62,420 nt of DNA from Chloroflexia bacterium. Its GTDB lineage: Bacteria > Chloroflexota > Chloroflexia > QHBQ01. Shown here piece after piece: positions 37,525-47,261 of this stretch. The notes beneath the pieces are model-generated. The model saw only the letters and a program-made list of their open reading frames with translations, had not been told where the DNA came from and did not search any database. Both the position numbers and the translations under genes were made by a program. The stretch covers positions 1 to 62,420 of the forward strand of contig JBBROH010000004.1 of NCBI GenBank assembly GCA_038229595.1, read 5' to 3'. How positions within the stretch are numbered: the stretch's first letter is position 1; every line of letters starts with the position of its first letter.

Positions 37525-39177
37525 CTAGTGGGCCATCACTGGCGCAGAGTCGCTGCTCTTTTGGTCGGCCTGTTGGCTGCTGGACATTCGCTCGTAGTGA
37601 CCGGGCCAGCCAGGCAGGGTGAGGGCCAGGACAGCCGAGGCTATTGCCAGGCCGAAGGTGATCCAGTAGCAGGCTTCGAAGCCGTTGATGTACTCGTTGC
37701 CGAACTTGAGGATCGCTTCCCTCGCCTGGGGCGGCAGGTTGGCTGGGAGGTTGGCAAAGTCCAGCCGAGCCGCGCTAGCTGTGCCGCTGGGTGCCTGACC
37801 AGGCGTGAGGGCGTTGGTTAGCACGGTGGCAAGGGCAGCCACGCCGATAGCCTGCACTACCTGTCGGGTGGAGTTGACCAGCGCGCTAGCCCCGGTCGTC
37901 TCCTGCACCGGCACATCACGCAGGGCAGCAACGAAGCTGTTCTGGATCACCAGGGCGAAACCCACACCGCGAACAATCAGCAGCAAGGTTATATAGCCGA
38001 GGTCGGTGTCCAACTTGATCTGGGCCAACTGCCAGGTGTTGACCGCCAGCAAGAGGAAGCCCAGCACCAGCGGCAGGCGCGGCCCGATGCGGTCAGCGAT
38101 GATACCAGCGATGGGGATCAGGATGCCAGAGGTGATCGCCAGCGGCAGCAGAAAGAGGCCAGTATCGAAGGCCGACTTGCCACGCAGGATTTGCAGGTAG
38201 AGCGGCAGCAGGAACTCAGCCCCGAACAGCGCAATGATGCCGACGTAGCCGACGATGTTGGCGAGGGCAAAGCTCCTGATCTGGAACAGACGAAGGTCTA
38301 GCACCGGGTCTTTGACCCGCAACTCGGTGATCGTAAAGAGGATCAGGCCGACGAAACCGACTGCGAACAAGGTCAGCACCAGTGGGTCGCCCCAGCCACG
38401 ACCTTCTTCGCCCGCAATCGAGGCAGCGTAGAGGACGGAGCCGAAACCGATGGTCGAGAAGAAGATGCCCAGCCAGTCAGTGCGGGCTGTGCTACCCCTA
38501 CGCTGCTCGCGCAAGAAGCGGGAGGCGATGAACACGGCCACCATACCGAGGGGAACGTTGATGTAGAAAATCCAGGGGATCAGCTTAGCATCAACGAACG
38601 CGCCACCAAGCAGCGGGCCGATGGCCGGGGCGAACACCAGCGAGATACCAAAGATACCGAGTGCCTTGCCGCGCTCCGCTGGTGGGAAGGCGGCGAACAG
38701 CAGACCAGTGCCAAGCGGTAGGGCGATACCACCACCGACACCCTGCACAGCACGAGCCGCGATCAGCCAGAAGATATTGCCGCTGAAGCTGATCGCCAGG
38801 CCGCAGAGTAGCGAACCGAGTACGAACAGGGCGATGCCCCCAACGTAGATGCGCTTGGTGCCGAAGCGAATGCCGAGGAAGGCCGAGAGCGGGGTGGCGA
38901 TGCCCAGTGCAAGGGTGTAGAGGCTGATCGTCCATTGCGCCTCGTTGGTCTTGACCCCGTACTGGTCTTGCAGGCCGCGCAGAGCGACGTTAACGACGGT
39001 AGTATCCAGCAGCACGATAAAGAGGCCGCCCAGGACTGCGACCAGTACCTTCCACTTGTAGCTGGGGTCGGTTTCGGCGGGGGCATTAGCCCCCCACTGC
39101 TGGGGTGGGCCGCCCGTGGTGCTTGCCTCAGTAACGGCCAAGCCGCTAGCCCCATTATGTTGATCCTTCATCTCCAC
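37525..39177 (-). CDS. DHA2 (EmrB/QacA) MFS efflux permease
   Basis: LDTTVVNVAL, ARAVQGVGGG, APAIGPLLGG, WIFYINVP, LDLRLF. Confidence 0.93.
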   Translation of the reverse strand: MEMKDQHNGASGLAVTEASTTGGPPQQWGANAPAETDPSYKWKVLVAVLGGLFIVLLDTTVVNVALRGLQDQYGVKTNEAQWTISLYTLALGIATPLSAFLGIRFGTKRIYVGGIALFVLGSLLCGLAISFSGNIFWLIAARAVQGVGGGIALPLGTGLLFAAFPPAERGKALGIFGISLVFAPAIGPLLGGAFVDAKLIPWIFYINVPLGMVAVFIASRFLREQRRGSTARTDWLGIFFSTIGFGSVLYAASIAGEEGRGWGDPLVLTLFAVGFVGLILFTITELRVKDPVLDLRLFQIRSFALANIVGYVGIIALFGAEFLLPLYLQILRGKSAFDTGLFLLPLAITSGILIPIAGIIADRIGPRLPLVLGFLLLAVNTWQLAQIKLDTDLGYITLLLIVRGVGFALVIQNSFVAALRDVPVQETTGASALVNSTRQVVQAIGVAALATVLTNALTPGQAPSGTASAARLDFANLPANLPPQAREAILKFGNEYINGFEACYWITFGLAIASAVLALTLPGWPGHYERMSSSQQADQKSSDSAPVMAH

Positions 39178-39783
39178 TTACTTGTTCTCCTTATTGCTGA
39201 TGCCATCGAGGAACGTATCTACAATTACGTCGGCGATGCCCTGCCCATGACAATCGTGGCGCGGGATCATCTCACGCGGCTTGCCAACCACCACGCTGGT
39301 GGACATGAACAGCCAGGTGATCATCCGGGTGTCAATCGTCGGCTGCAACTCGCCGTTTGCTACCCCCTGCACAAATAGGGCGTGGGTGGGGCCAAAAATG
39401 TCGCGCTCAAAGGCGTGGGCTACCATCTGCCGCCGCTCGTCGTCGAGGTTGAGCGTAATGTTCGCCATCATGCCATCCATATCATAGGTCGCGCTAGAAT
39501 ACATATAGTTGACCATCGCCTTTAGCCCCTCACGGATGCCCTTGCCTGCGGTCAGGCGGTCAAGATCGCGGTGGTGGCGGGCAGTCTGACGGATCAACAT
39601 CTGGGTGTACAACTCTTGCTTGTCGCGGAAGTAGTAGTAGATTGCGGGCTTGCTCACACTGCAAGCCTCGGCTAGCTGGCTCATCGACATCCCGCGGTAG
39701 CCCTGCTCACTAAACAGGTGCGCGGCCTGCTCCATAATCCGCTCCAGGGTATCATCACCATTGATGTAGCTTTGCTCTGCCAA
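39178..39783 (-). CDS. TetR/AcrR family regulator
   Basis: AAHLFSEQGYRGMSMSQLAEACSVSKPAIYYYFRDKQEL; TTG start assumed. Confidence 0.92.
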   Translation of the reverse strand: MAEQSYINGDDTLERIMEQAAHLFSEQGYRGMSMSQLAEACSVSKPAIYYYFRDKQELYTQMLIRQTARHHRDLDRLTAGKGIREGLKAMVNYMYSSATYDMDGMMANITLNLDDERRQMVAHAFERDIFGPTHALFVQGVANGELQPTIDTRMITWLFMSTSVVVGKPREMIPRHDCHGQGIADVIVDTFLDGISNKENK

Positions 39784-39827
39784 TCTTTCCCTGCTCCCTA
39801 GCCCGCTAAACAACTCACCACATCCTA

Positions 39828-39916
39828 CTTACCGTTCGGTCAGATTATACAATAACTTGCTTGAGCTGTCAAGGATTTCCGTCCTTTTGGGCCAAAACCG
39901 CTTACCGCCAGGTCAG
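39828..39916 (-). promoter_or_regulatory. tetR promoter with two operator-like imperfect palindromes
   Basis: TTGACA(39867-72)-17bp-TATAAT(39844-49) on the minus strand; CTTACCGTTCGGTCAG 39828-43 and CTTACCGCCAGGTCAG 39901-16. Confidence 0.7.
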
Positions 39917-39983
39917 GGCCAGGCAGCAAAGCGGGGCGGCTTAAGGCCGCCCCTTGCATCTGCGAAACTGGGTGGTGGCCGCA

Positions 39984-40844
39984 TCAGGGTTGTGGTGCGG
40001 TCGGCGGCGGGCTGGAATTGTCTATGCTAGCCCCCAGCTTCCTGTACTTCTGCACGAAAGCGTCAGCGCGAGCTTCATCAAAGACATCCATGTTCAGCAT
40101 CCTGCGCCAGGCCATCACTGCAATGCGCTGCTTCATGTTCGGGTAGGGGGCGACCAGCACCGTGTCGCCACTCTCGATAGCAACCTGCTCGGCAGTCAGC
40201 CCACTCTGCCCCTGGTACTGGCTGGCGTTGTCGTACTTAGCAGCAAACTTCTTCAGCTTGTCCACCAGGTCGGGGCAGTTGCAGTTGTAGAAGACGAGGA
40301 TGTTACCATGCTCAAGCATATGCACCCCGTACTTCGGCCCCATCGGGCTGCTGCTGACGAATGAGGGGAGGAACACCTCATTGTGTACGCCAGAGGTGGG
40401 CGGGGAACTGTTATACTTGAAGGCGGCGATCTCGCTATCGCTGACGTGCTGACCCCCCTGCGAAGGGAAGATCACCTCGCTGCCCTCAGTTGTGGTTGGG
40501 GTGAGGGTAGCAAGCTGCGGCAGGTTGGAGTCGAAGGCCAGCGGCGCATTCTGGTCGCCCTTGAACAGGCCGGGCAGGAAGATGAAGGCCGCCAGCCCGC
40601 CAAAGATGACCAGGGTGGCGATCACCGCGATCAGAGCCACGTTGCCGCCAGCCTGCGGGGCGGGGGTGCGGCGTGGCTGCTGCAGGCGGCTGGGGGTGAC
40701 TGCTGGGCGGCTAACTGGGGTGGTCGGCGGCTGCTGCGGACGCGTTGCCGTCGCTGGCGTGGCTGGGCGGTTGCTGCTACCGCTGTTGCTGGTTCGGTTG
40801 CTGCGCGGTGTGCGACTACCATTGGGGTTGCGGTTGCTACTCAA
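39984..40844 (-). CDS. DUF3105 domain membrane-anchored protein
   Basis: YNSSPPTSGVH, VHMLEHGNILVFYNC, VAPYP, AW motifs; N-terminal TM helix. Confidence 0.85.
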   Translation of the reverse strand: MSSNRNPNGSRTPRSNRTSNSGSSNRPATPATATRPQQPPTTPVSRPAVTPSRLQQPRRTPAPQAGGNVALIAVIATLVIFGGLAAFIFLPGLFKGDQNAPLAFDSNLPQLATLTPTTTEGSEVIFPSQGGQHVSDSEIAAFKYNSSPPTSGVHNEVFLPSFVSSSPMGPKYGVHMLEHGNILVFYNCNCPDLVDKLKKFAAKYDNASQYQGQSGLTAEQVAIESGDTVLVAPYPNMKQRIAVMAWRRMLNMDVFDEARADAFVQKYRKLGASIDNSSPPPTAPQP

Positions 40845-40997
40845 TGCGGTTTGCTCCTGACTAGAGGGGTAACTACGCCTCTATTGTACCAGAAAGCTGC
40901 GGCTGTTGGCAATAAGGGGCGAAGGTGGGCAGGGGCTACCTGGCCGCTTATCCGCGCTACTAACCCACTGGCTGGCCCCTAGCCAGAGCAGGCAAGC

Positions 40998-41027
40998 AAA
41001 AAACCCTCCACATTGCCGAGGAGGGTT
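40998..41027 (-). terminator. intrinsic terminator
   Basis: AACCCTCC/GGAGGGTT stem with a T-tract on the minus strand. Confidence 0.65.
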
Positions 41028-41051
41028 GTGATACCGCAGAGAGGCTGCTAG

Positions 41052-42137
41052 TTAGGGTAGCACCTCGACGGTCAGTTGCAGCATCCCCTTGCTGAGGGGG
41101 GCGAGTTGGGCGAACACCTGACGGCTGAGGTCAACCACGATCCCCTTGCGGCGCACCGAGGCAATGTCGCGGTAGGCGATCACATCTACCAGTTGCGCGT
41201 CAACGTGCTTGCCGCCATAGCTGATCCGCACGGTGTGGCCGTAGAGTCGATACTTTTCGGTGATGTCCTCTGGCAGAGCGGCGTACAGCCCACTGCCCCG
41301 ATAGTCGGCGGGCAGGTTGCCCCAGCCTTTGTTCAGGCGGATCAGCGTACTCCAATCGGTATCAAAGTAGGTACACCAGCCACTCCAACTCATGCCAATG
41401 GCAGCGGGGTCGGCCTCCCACTTAGCGGTAGGTCGCTCTCCTCCCCGCGAGGTCGGGGTCGGGCGGGCTGGTTGGGCTACCTTCTGGGCGGGGGCTGCGG
41501 CTGCCACGGCGCGGCTGAACAGGACAGGGTGCTGTTCGGGGTAAAGTCGCTCCAGACCGAGCAGGCCGAGGTTAACCTTCTCCTGCTTTGCATCCCACTC
41601 GAAGCGGGCGCGCTCGAACCACTGCACCACCTTGCCGGTCGCATCGTCTGGTTCGGAGAGGGGATAGCCGAAGCGGGCGAGTCCACCATTTGCCTGCCAG
41701 TAGGCAAGGAAGCGGCGACTGAGCGAATGCCCACTCTGCACGAAGTAGATGCTGTCGCTGCGACTCTTAAAGGCGGCTACTTTGGCGAAGCTGTGGCCGC
41801 TAGTTAGTTCGCTGCCCAGCAGACCAGGCTTGACTGCGCCATTCGCCTGCTGTTCCAGGCGGGCGCGCTCAAAGTATTGCAGCGTGCTGCCGTCCGCCTG
41901 CGGCATGGGCGGGGCTATTGGGTAGCCGAGCAAGTTGACCTGGCCGTTGCCACGCCAGTAATCCAATAGGGGGCCAGCCACAGTGTGACCGGTCTCTTTG
42001 AAAAAGAGACTGTTGGGCGCAGCTTGCGCCGGGCCAAGCGGGACGATCAGGATAGCGAGCAGGCCGAGTGTCGCAAGGACGACTGCGGGCCGGGCTACGG
42101 GGCCGGGGTTACTACCTTCTGACACTACGGGTTCCAA
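41052..42137 (-). CDS. secreted protein with LGFP-like cell-surface repeats and a C-terminal RlpA/DPBB-like domain
   Basis: signal peptide; 2 x ETGH..YW..NG..GYP..QxFERAR; VRISYGGKHVDAQLVD..VDLSRQVFAQL. Confidence 0.75.
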   Translation of the reverse strand: MEPVVSEGSNPGPVARPAVVLATLGLLAILIVPLGPAQAAPNSLFFKETGHTVAGPLLDYWRGNGQVNLLGYPIAPPMPQADGSTLQYFERARLEQQANGAVKPGLLGSELTSGHSFAKVAAFKSRSDSIYFVQSGHSLSRRFLAYWQANGGLARFGYPLSEPDDATGKVVQWFERARFEWDAKQEKVNLGLLGLERLYPEQHPVLFSRAVAAAAPAQKVAQPARPTPTSRGGERPTAKWEADPAAIGMSWSGWCTYFDTDWSTLIRLNKGWGNLPADYRGSGLYAALPEDITEKYRLYGHTVRISYGGKHVDAQLVDVIAYRDIASVRRKGIVVDLSRQVFAQLAPLSKGMLQLTVEVLP

Positions 42138-42854
42138 CCTCCACTACCAACCTTGCGGTCGCATCTACCCCAGCACGTGCGCTGCGGGCAGGATGATCGG
42201 CGCGGGTGCGGGGCGCAGAATACAACGAATCTCACAGCCCCATCGATCCCAACAAAGGCACCTGCCGACTTCGGAAGATTAAAGAAAGATGAAAAATAGC
42301 TCTCTCATGCTACCATATGGTACATCACCTTGTCAATAGGCAGATCGGGCAATTGCTGGCAGCAGCCAATAGTACCAGGGTCAGCGGTAAGGTTGCTGGT
42401 AAGGTTGCTCGGCAAAGGTGGGCATGGTACTTTTGGGCTATGCTATGCTTACATCGCACGCTGAAAACTTGATCGCGCCCCTCGTAGCCTCTCCACAAAA
42501 GGTTCATCTTCTGGTGAAAAATAGTACCAATGGGCTAGTCGCTCACGCTTCCCTTCCATGTGTAACGTGTGCTATATTGCACACGTTCGTTTCAGAGAGG
42601 CGGTAACGTCACTAGGGGGCGGGCGGAGGTGACACAGTCGCGTGGTGGCGGCGTGTCCGCTGGTCAACCAGTCGGCTAGCGTTGTACGGGCAACGCAGCT
42701 TGCTTGTGCAGCTTCCCTGCTGTACCCCGGCGGCATCCCCCGACCATGAGAAAGCGTGTGTCATCCTCCAGCGTGAGAACCGTGCCAGCAAGCGCGGTTT
42801 GTACGACCGGGCGGCAAGGCTTGCCCGGTGTCCCAAGAAAGGATCTGCGAGCAG

Positions 42855-45644
42855 ATGCACTTCTCCAACTCTCGTACTTTGCTACAGCGTCGTGCAAGGT
42901 ACATTGCCATCCTGGTTCTGGTAGCGACCTTCATCAGCCTCAGCATTAGTTCATACGCCTCTCATCCCGCCCAACAGGTAGCCCCGGATGGCACCATGCT
43001 GGAGTCCGCCCCCCTCATTCGTCTGCAATACGCCACCTTCGACCCGCTCAAAGGCGAGCCGGTCATCGCTGACAACCTCAAGCTCAACGTGAAGGATAGC
43101 GACGCGGCTCATTACTACATCGTCCAGTTCTCTGGCCCGGTCTACGACGGCTGGAAGGAAGCGGTAGTCAAGGCAGGCGGCAGCATCTACGACTACATCC
43201 CCGACTTCGCCTTCGTCATGCGCCTGGACGGAGCAGCCAAGAAGCAAGTAGCTGCCATGCCCTTCGTGCGCTGGATCGGCGACTACCAGCCCGCCTACAA
43301 GCTCTCGCCCGAACTGGCAGAGCTGGGTAGCAAGGGCGCAAAGGGCGGCCTCAGCCTCAACGTGCTAACCTTCGGCCAGGCCAACGGTGCTGCCCTCACG
43401 GCGGCCCTCGGCAACGGGGTGACGGCAGTGAGCGAGGGTGTATACGGCTCTGTAGTACGCGCCACCGCCGACAGCAGCCAGGTGACCGGTCTCGCCCAGC
43501 GTGAGGACGTTAGCTGGATCGAAATCCACCATGCCCCCCAACTCTACAATGATGTGGCCCGCACCGTCAACGGCGTGAACAGTGTTTGGAGCGACCTCGG
43601 CCTTTACGGTCAGGGCCAGATCGTTGCCGTTGCTGATACCGGCCTGGACACTGGTAGCACCAGCACCCTCAGCCCCGACTTCGCCGGGCGGATCATCTCC
43701 ACCTACGGTCTGGGGCGCAGCGGCAACTGGTCGGACACTGACGGCCACGGCACCCACGTCGCTGGCACCGTGCTGGGCAGCGGCAACCGCAGCGGCAGCA
43801 ATCCCGCCAGCCACAGCTACACCAGCAGCTTCGCGGGTATGGCCCCAGAAGCCAAGCTGGTCATGCAATCGCTGCTCGACAGCAGTGGCGGCCTCGGTGG
43901 TCTCCCTGCCGACCTCAATACCCTGTTCCAGCAGGCCTATAACGACGGCGCACGGGTTCACAGCGACAGTTGGGGATCGAACACCGCTGGCACCTACGAC
44001 GTGGACGCGCAGCAGGTTGACCAGTTCACCTGGAACCATAAGGACTTGACCATCGTCTTTGCCGCTGGCAACGCTGGCAAGGACGCTAACCGTAACGGGG
44101 TGATCGACACTGGCAGCGTGGGCAGCCCCGCCACCGCCAAGAACGACATCACGGTGGGCGCAAGCGAGAACCCGCGCACCGGCAGCGGCGGCTACATCAC
44201 CCTGCAATGGGGCAGCGGCTGGCCGAGCGACTTCGGTGCCGCGCCGATCAAGACCGATACCACCAGCAACAATGTCAACGGCATGGCCGCCTTTAGCAGC
44301 CGTGGCCCCGACAAGGATGGCCGCATCGAGCCTAGCATCGCCAACCCTGGTACCAACATCGTCTCCGTTCGCAGCCAGGCTCCCGGCGCGAACACCGGCT
44401 GGGGCGTGTACAATACCTACTATATGTATGAAGGCGGTACCAGCCAGGCGACCCCCGGCGTATCCGGCGCGTCCGCCCTCGTGCGCCAGTTCTTTGTAGA
44501 CCGCCAGGGCATCAACCCCTCTGCTGCCCTGATCAAGGCCACCATCCTCAACTCGGCTTCGGACATGACCCCTGGGCAGTATGGCACTGGCAGCTTCAAG
44601 GAGATGGGCAACCGCCCCAACAACGTCGAGGGCTGGGGTCGGATGAACATCGCCAGCGCGATTGACACCGCCAACTTCCAGTACAGCGACAGCAGCAGCG
44701 CAAGCACCGGCCAGACCCAGACCTTCAGCTACAACGTGACCAGCAGCAGCACTCCCCTGCATATCACCCTCGCCTGGACGGACTATGCTGCCAGCACTAG
44801 CAGCAGTAAGGCACTGGTCAACGACCTGGACCTGACCGTGACTGGGCCAAGCGGCACCATCTACTATGGCAACGGCGTGAGCGGCGGCGACCGCACCAAC
44901 AACATTGAGACGGTTGACCTCTCCTCGCCCACGACCGGTAGCTATACGGTCAAGGTCAAGGGCTTCAACGTGCCGCAGGGTACCAACCAGCCCTTCGCCC
45001 TCGCTCTGCATGGCGCGTTCGGCAGCGGCCCAGCCCCGACCGCGACCAACAGCCCAGTCGCCCCGACCAACACCCCAGTCGCCCCGACCAACACCCCCGT
45101 TGGCCCGACCAACACCCCCGTGCCACCGACCAACACCCCGGTTGCTCCTACCCCAACCAACACCCCAATCAGCGGCGGCTGCTCGCAAGTGGTTGTCAAC
45201 GGCGGCTTCGAGAGCGGCAACGCCAACTGGACGGAGAGTAGCAGCGGTGGCTACGAGATCGTGGACACCACCCGCCCGCACGCTGGCAGCAAGAGTGCCT
45301 ACCTCGGCGGCTACAACAGTGCCAACGACCAGATTTGGCAAACGGTCAGCATCCCAGCTGGGGCGACCAGTGCGAACCTCTCCTTCTACTACTACATCAG
45401 CACGCAGGAGACCTCGCATCCCTACGACTACTTCTACGCCAAGGTTCGCAACAGCAGCGGCACCGTCCTTGCCACCCTGCTGACTAAGAGCGACGCGAAC
45501 GCCAGCACCGCCTGGCAGTCGGCCAACTTCAACCTCGCGGCCTACGCCGGGCAGACTGTCCAGATTTACTTCCAGGCGACGACCGACAGCAGCGCAACCA
45601 GCAGCTTCTTCCTGGACGACGTGACGCTGAACGTCTGCAACTAG
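42855..45644 (+). CDS. secreted S8 (subtilisin, KP-43-like) serine protease with PPC and C-terminal beta-sandwich domains
   Basis: [41 protein letters not shown]. Confidence 0.93.
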   Translation: MHFSNSRTLLQRRARYIAILVLVATFISLSISSYASHPAQQVAPDGTMLESAPLIRLQYATFDPLKGEPVIADNLKLNVKDSDAAHYYIVQFSGPVYDGWKEAVVKAGGSIYDYIPDFAFVMRLDGAAKKQVAAMPFVRWIGDYQPAYKLSPELAELGSKGAKGGLSLNVLTFGQANGAALTAALGNGVTAVSEGVYGSVVRATADSSQVTGLAQREDVSWIEIHHAPQLYNDVARTVNGVNSVWSDLGLYGQGQIVAVADTGLDTGSTSTLSPDFAGRIISTYGLGRSGNWSDTDGHGTHVAGTVLGSGNRSGSNPASHSYTSSFAGMAPEAKLVMQSLLDSSGGLGGLPADLNTLFQQAYNDGARVHSDSWGSNTAGTYDVDAQQVDQFTWNHKDLTIVFAAGNAGKDANRNGVIDTGSVGSPATAKNDITVGASENPRTGSGGYITLQWGSGWPSDFGAAPIKTDTTSNNVNGMAAFSSRGPDKDGRIEPSIANPGTNIVSVRSQAPGANTGWGVYNTYYMYEGGTSQATPGVSGASALVRQFFVDRQGINPSAALIKATILNSASDMTPGQYGTGSFKEMGNRPNNVEGWGRMNIASAIDTANFQYSDSSSASTGQTQTFSYNVTSSSTPLHITLAWTDYAASTSSSKALVNDLDLTVTGPSGTIYYGNGVSGGDRTNNIETVDLSSPTTGSYTVKVKGFNVPQGTNQPFALALHGAFGSGPAPTATNSPVAPTNTPVAPTNTPVGPTNTPVPPTNTPVAPTPTNTPISGGCSQVVVNGGFESGNANWTESSSGGYEIVDTTRPHAGSKSAYLGGYNSANDQIWQTVSIPAGATSANLSFYYYISTQETSHPYDYFYAKVRNSSGTVLATLLTKSDANASTAWQSANFNLAAYAGQTVQIYFQATTDSSATSSFFLDDVTLNVCN
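45043..45168 (+). repeat. 21-bp coding tandem repeat (PTNTPVx linker)
   Basis: about 6 copies of CCGACCAACACCCC-type units. Confidence 0.85.
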
Positions 45645-45660
45645 CTAGCCTCCCAACCGG

Positions 45661-45698
45661 GAAGCCCCCACTCTCAATGGCGAGAGCGGGGGCTTTCG
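45661..45698 (+). terminator. intrinsic terminator
   Basis: AAGCCCCC.CTCTC/GAGAG.GGGGGCTT stem. Confidence 0.65.
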
Positions 45699-45812
45699 TG
45701 TGCGCGGCCAGCGTATGAAACGTGTTAGCTCGCTCGCAAAGCTGCAACCCTGTGTTCAGCGGTTGCGTATGTTATGATGAAGTAGCGATAAGTTCGCTAG
45801 AGGAGAACGCGG

Positions 45813-46001
45813 ATGTCACCGACGCTGGCCGAGGGAAGCATTGCACTGATCGTCTTTGTCGGTATCGTCGTGCTGGGTTTCGCCCTTGCGCCGCTGATCG
45901 CCCACTTCTGGGCCGCTCACTTTGGCCGCGCTGCAAACATTGCCAACCGCATCGAGCAGCAGCCTGCCAGGCAAGAGGACGACGAGAAGCAACAAGACTA
46001 A
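45813..46001 (+). CDS. small single-TM protein
   Basis: RBS GAGGAG, hydrophobic segment, lies upstream of the SPFH gene. Confidence 0.6.
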   Translation: MSPTLAEGSIALIVFVGIVVLGFALAPLIAHFWAAHFGRAANIANRIEQQPARQEDDEKQQD

Positions 46002-46037
46002 AGATAGCCAATACTGCATTAACTACAAGGAAGGGTT

Positions 46038-47165
46038 ATGATGGACGAAGACGACAACAGGATAGTACGTAACACCCGCCGCACCAGCAGTGGCAGCAGC
46101 GGCAGTAGCGGCAGTAGCAATAGTGGCGGCAACTTCACCCCACCCAATCTACCACGCGTCAATGGCCGCTTGATCGGTGTGGGTGTCACCATCCTGGTGA
46201 TCGCCGCCATCGCTGCCTCGCTGGTCGGCTCGGTCTGGAAAAGCGTAGACCTGGGCTACGCAGGGGTGATCTTCGACAAGGTGAGCAACACCGTGCGCCA
46301 GTCGCCGCCCGGCTGGGTCTTCATCAACCCCTTCACTGAGAGCCTGACCCAGTATCCCGCCAGCGTGCGTACCCTGATCATGGTGCAGGCTTCGGGCGAA
46401 GGGCAGGTGGCAGGCGACGATAGCGTGAAGGTAAACAGCAGCGAAGGGCAGTCGCTCCAGGCTGATGTCAGCGTCCTCTACCGGGTCAAGAGCAACGAGG
46501 CGGGCGAACTCTACAAGCAGTACGCTGGTGCGCCGATTGATCAGATTGAGAGCAATGTGGTGCGCCAGCTTACCCGCTCGGCGATGAACGATGCAGCCTC
46601 GCGCTACGGCTGGGAGCAGATTTTTAGCAGCGACCGCATCACCTACACCCTACAGGTCAGCGAACGTCTGGTGCGCGAGTTCGCCACCAGCCACATTGAG
46701 CTAGTCAACTTCAACCTGCGGGCCTGGCACTTGCCGCAGAACTTGCAGGCCGCCCTCGACCAGAAGATCGCTGCCCAGCAGCAAGCCGAGCAGCAGAAGT
46801 ATCAACTTGAGCAGGCCCGGATCAAGGCTGACCAGGACAAGGTGCAGGCCGAAGGGCAGGCAGGTGCGCTTAGGGCGAAGGCGGATGGTGACGCTTACGC
46901 CACAACCAAGAACGCCGAAGCCGCCGCTACCGCCCGCCGTACCCAGGCCGATGCAGAGACCTACGCCAACCAGAAGATCGCCCAATCTCTATTACCACAG
47001 GTAGTGCAATACTACCAGCTTACCAAGTGGAACGGCCAGCTACCGATGTTCGGCGGCGGCGGGGCTGGCAGCAACGTCTTCCTCACCGTTAACCCCAACG
47101 ACATCGCCAATAGCGTGCCGACCCCGGCGGCCAGCCAACCCGCCCCGGCCCAGCCAACCCGCTAG
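46038..47165 (+). CDS. SPFH/prohibitin (band 7) family protein
   Basis: TM helix, GYAGVIFD, PGWVFINPF, SSEGQSLQADVSVLYR, AQ-rich coiled coil, KWNGQLP. Confidence 0.9.
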   Translation: MMDEDDNRIVRNTRRTSSGSSGSSGSSNSGGNFTPPNLPRVNGRLIGVGVTILVIAAIAASLVGSVWKSVDLGYAGVIFDKVSNTVRQSPPGWVFINPFTESLTQYPASVRTLIMVQASGEGQVAGDDSVKVNSSEGQSLQADVSVLYRVKSNEAGELYKQYAGAPIDQIESNVVRQLTRSAMNDAASRYGWEQIFSSDRITYTLQVSERLVREFATSHIELVNFNLRAWHLPQNLQAALDQKIAAQQQAEQQKYQLEQARIKADQDKVQAEGQAGALRAKADGDAYATTKNAEAAATARRTQADAETYANQKIAQSLLPQVVQYYQLTKWNGQLPMFGGGGAGSNVFLTVNPNDIANSVPTPAASQPAPAQPTR

Positions 47166-47199
47166 CCCGCTTGCGGTGAGCTGAGCGCGCCAACAGAGA

Positions 47200-47237
47200 G
47201 AGCGGGGACGGCCAACTGCCAGCCCCGCTCCTTCTTT
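47200..47237. terminator. hairpin between convergent genes
   Basis: GAGCGGGG...CCCCGCTC followed by CTTCTTTT. Confidence 0.6.
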
Positions 47238-47261
47238 TGCCCCAGCACCGCTACGGCCCGG

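Noticed and set aside
43365-45419. 684-aa minus-strand ORF, and similar long antisense ORFs (e.g. 55960-57225, 15832-16857, 16897-17880, 31136-32071)
   Set aside because: Shadow frames of well-supported genes, expected from high-GC codon bias; no recognisable motifs.
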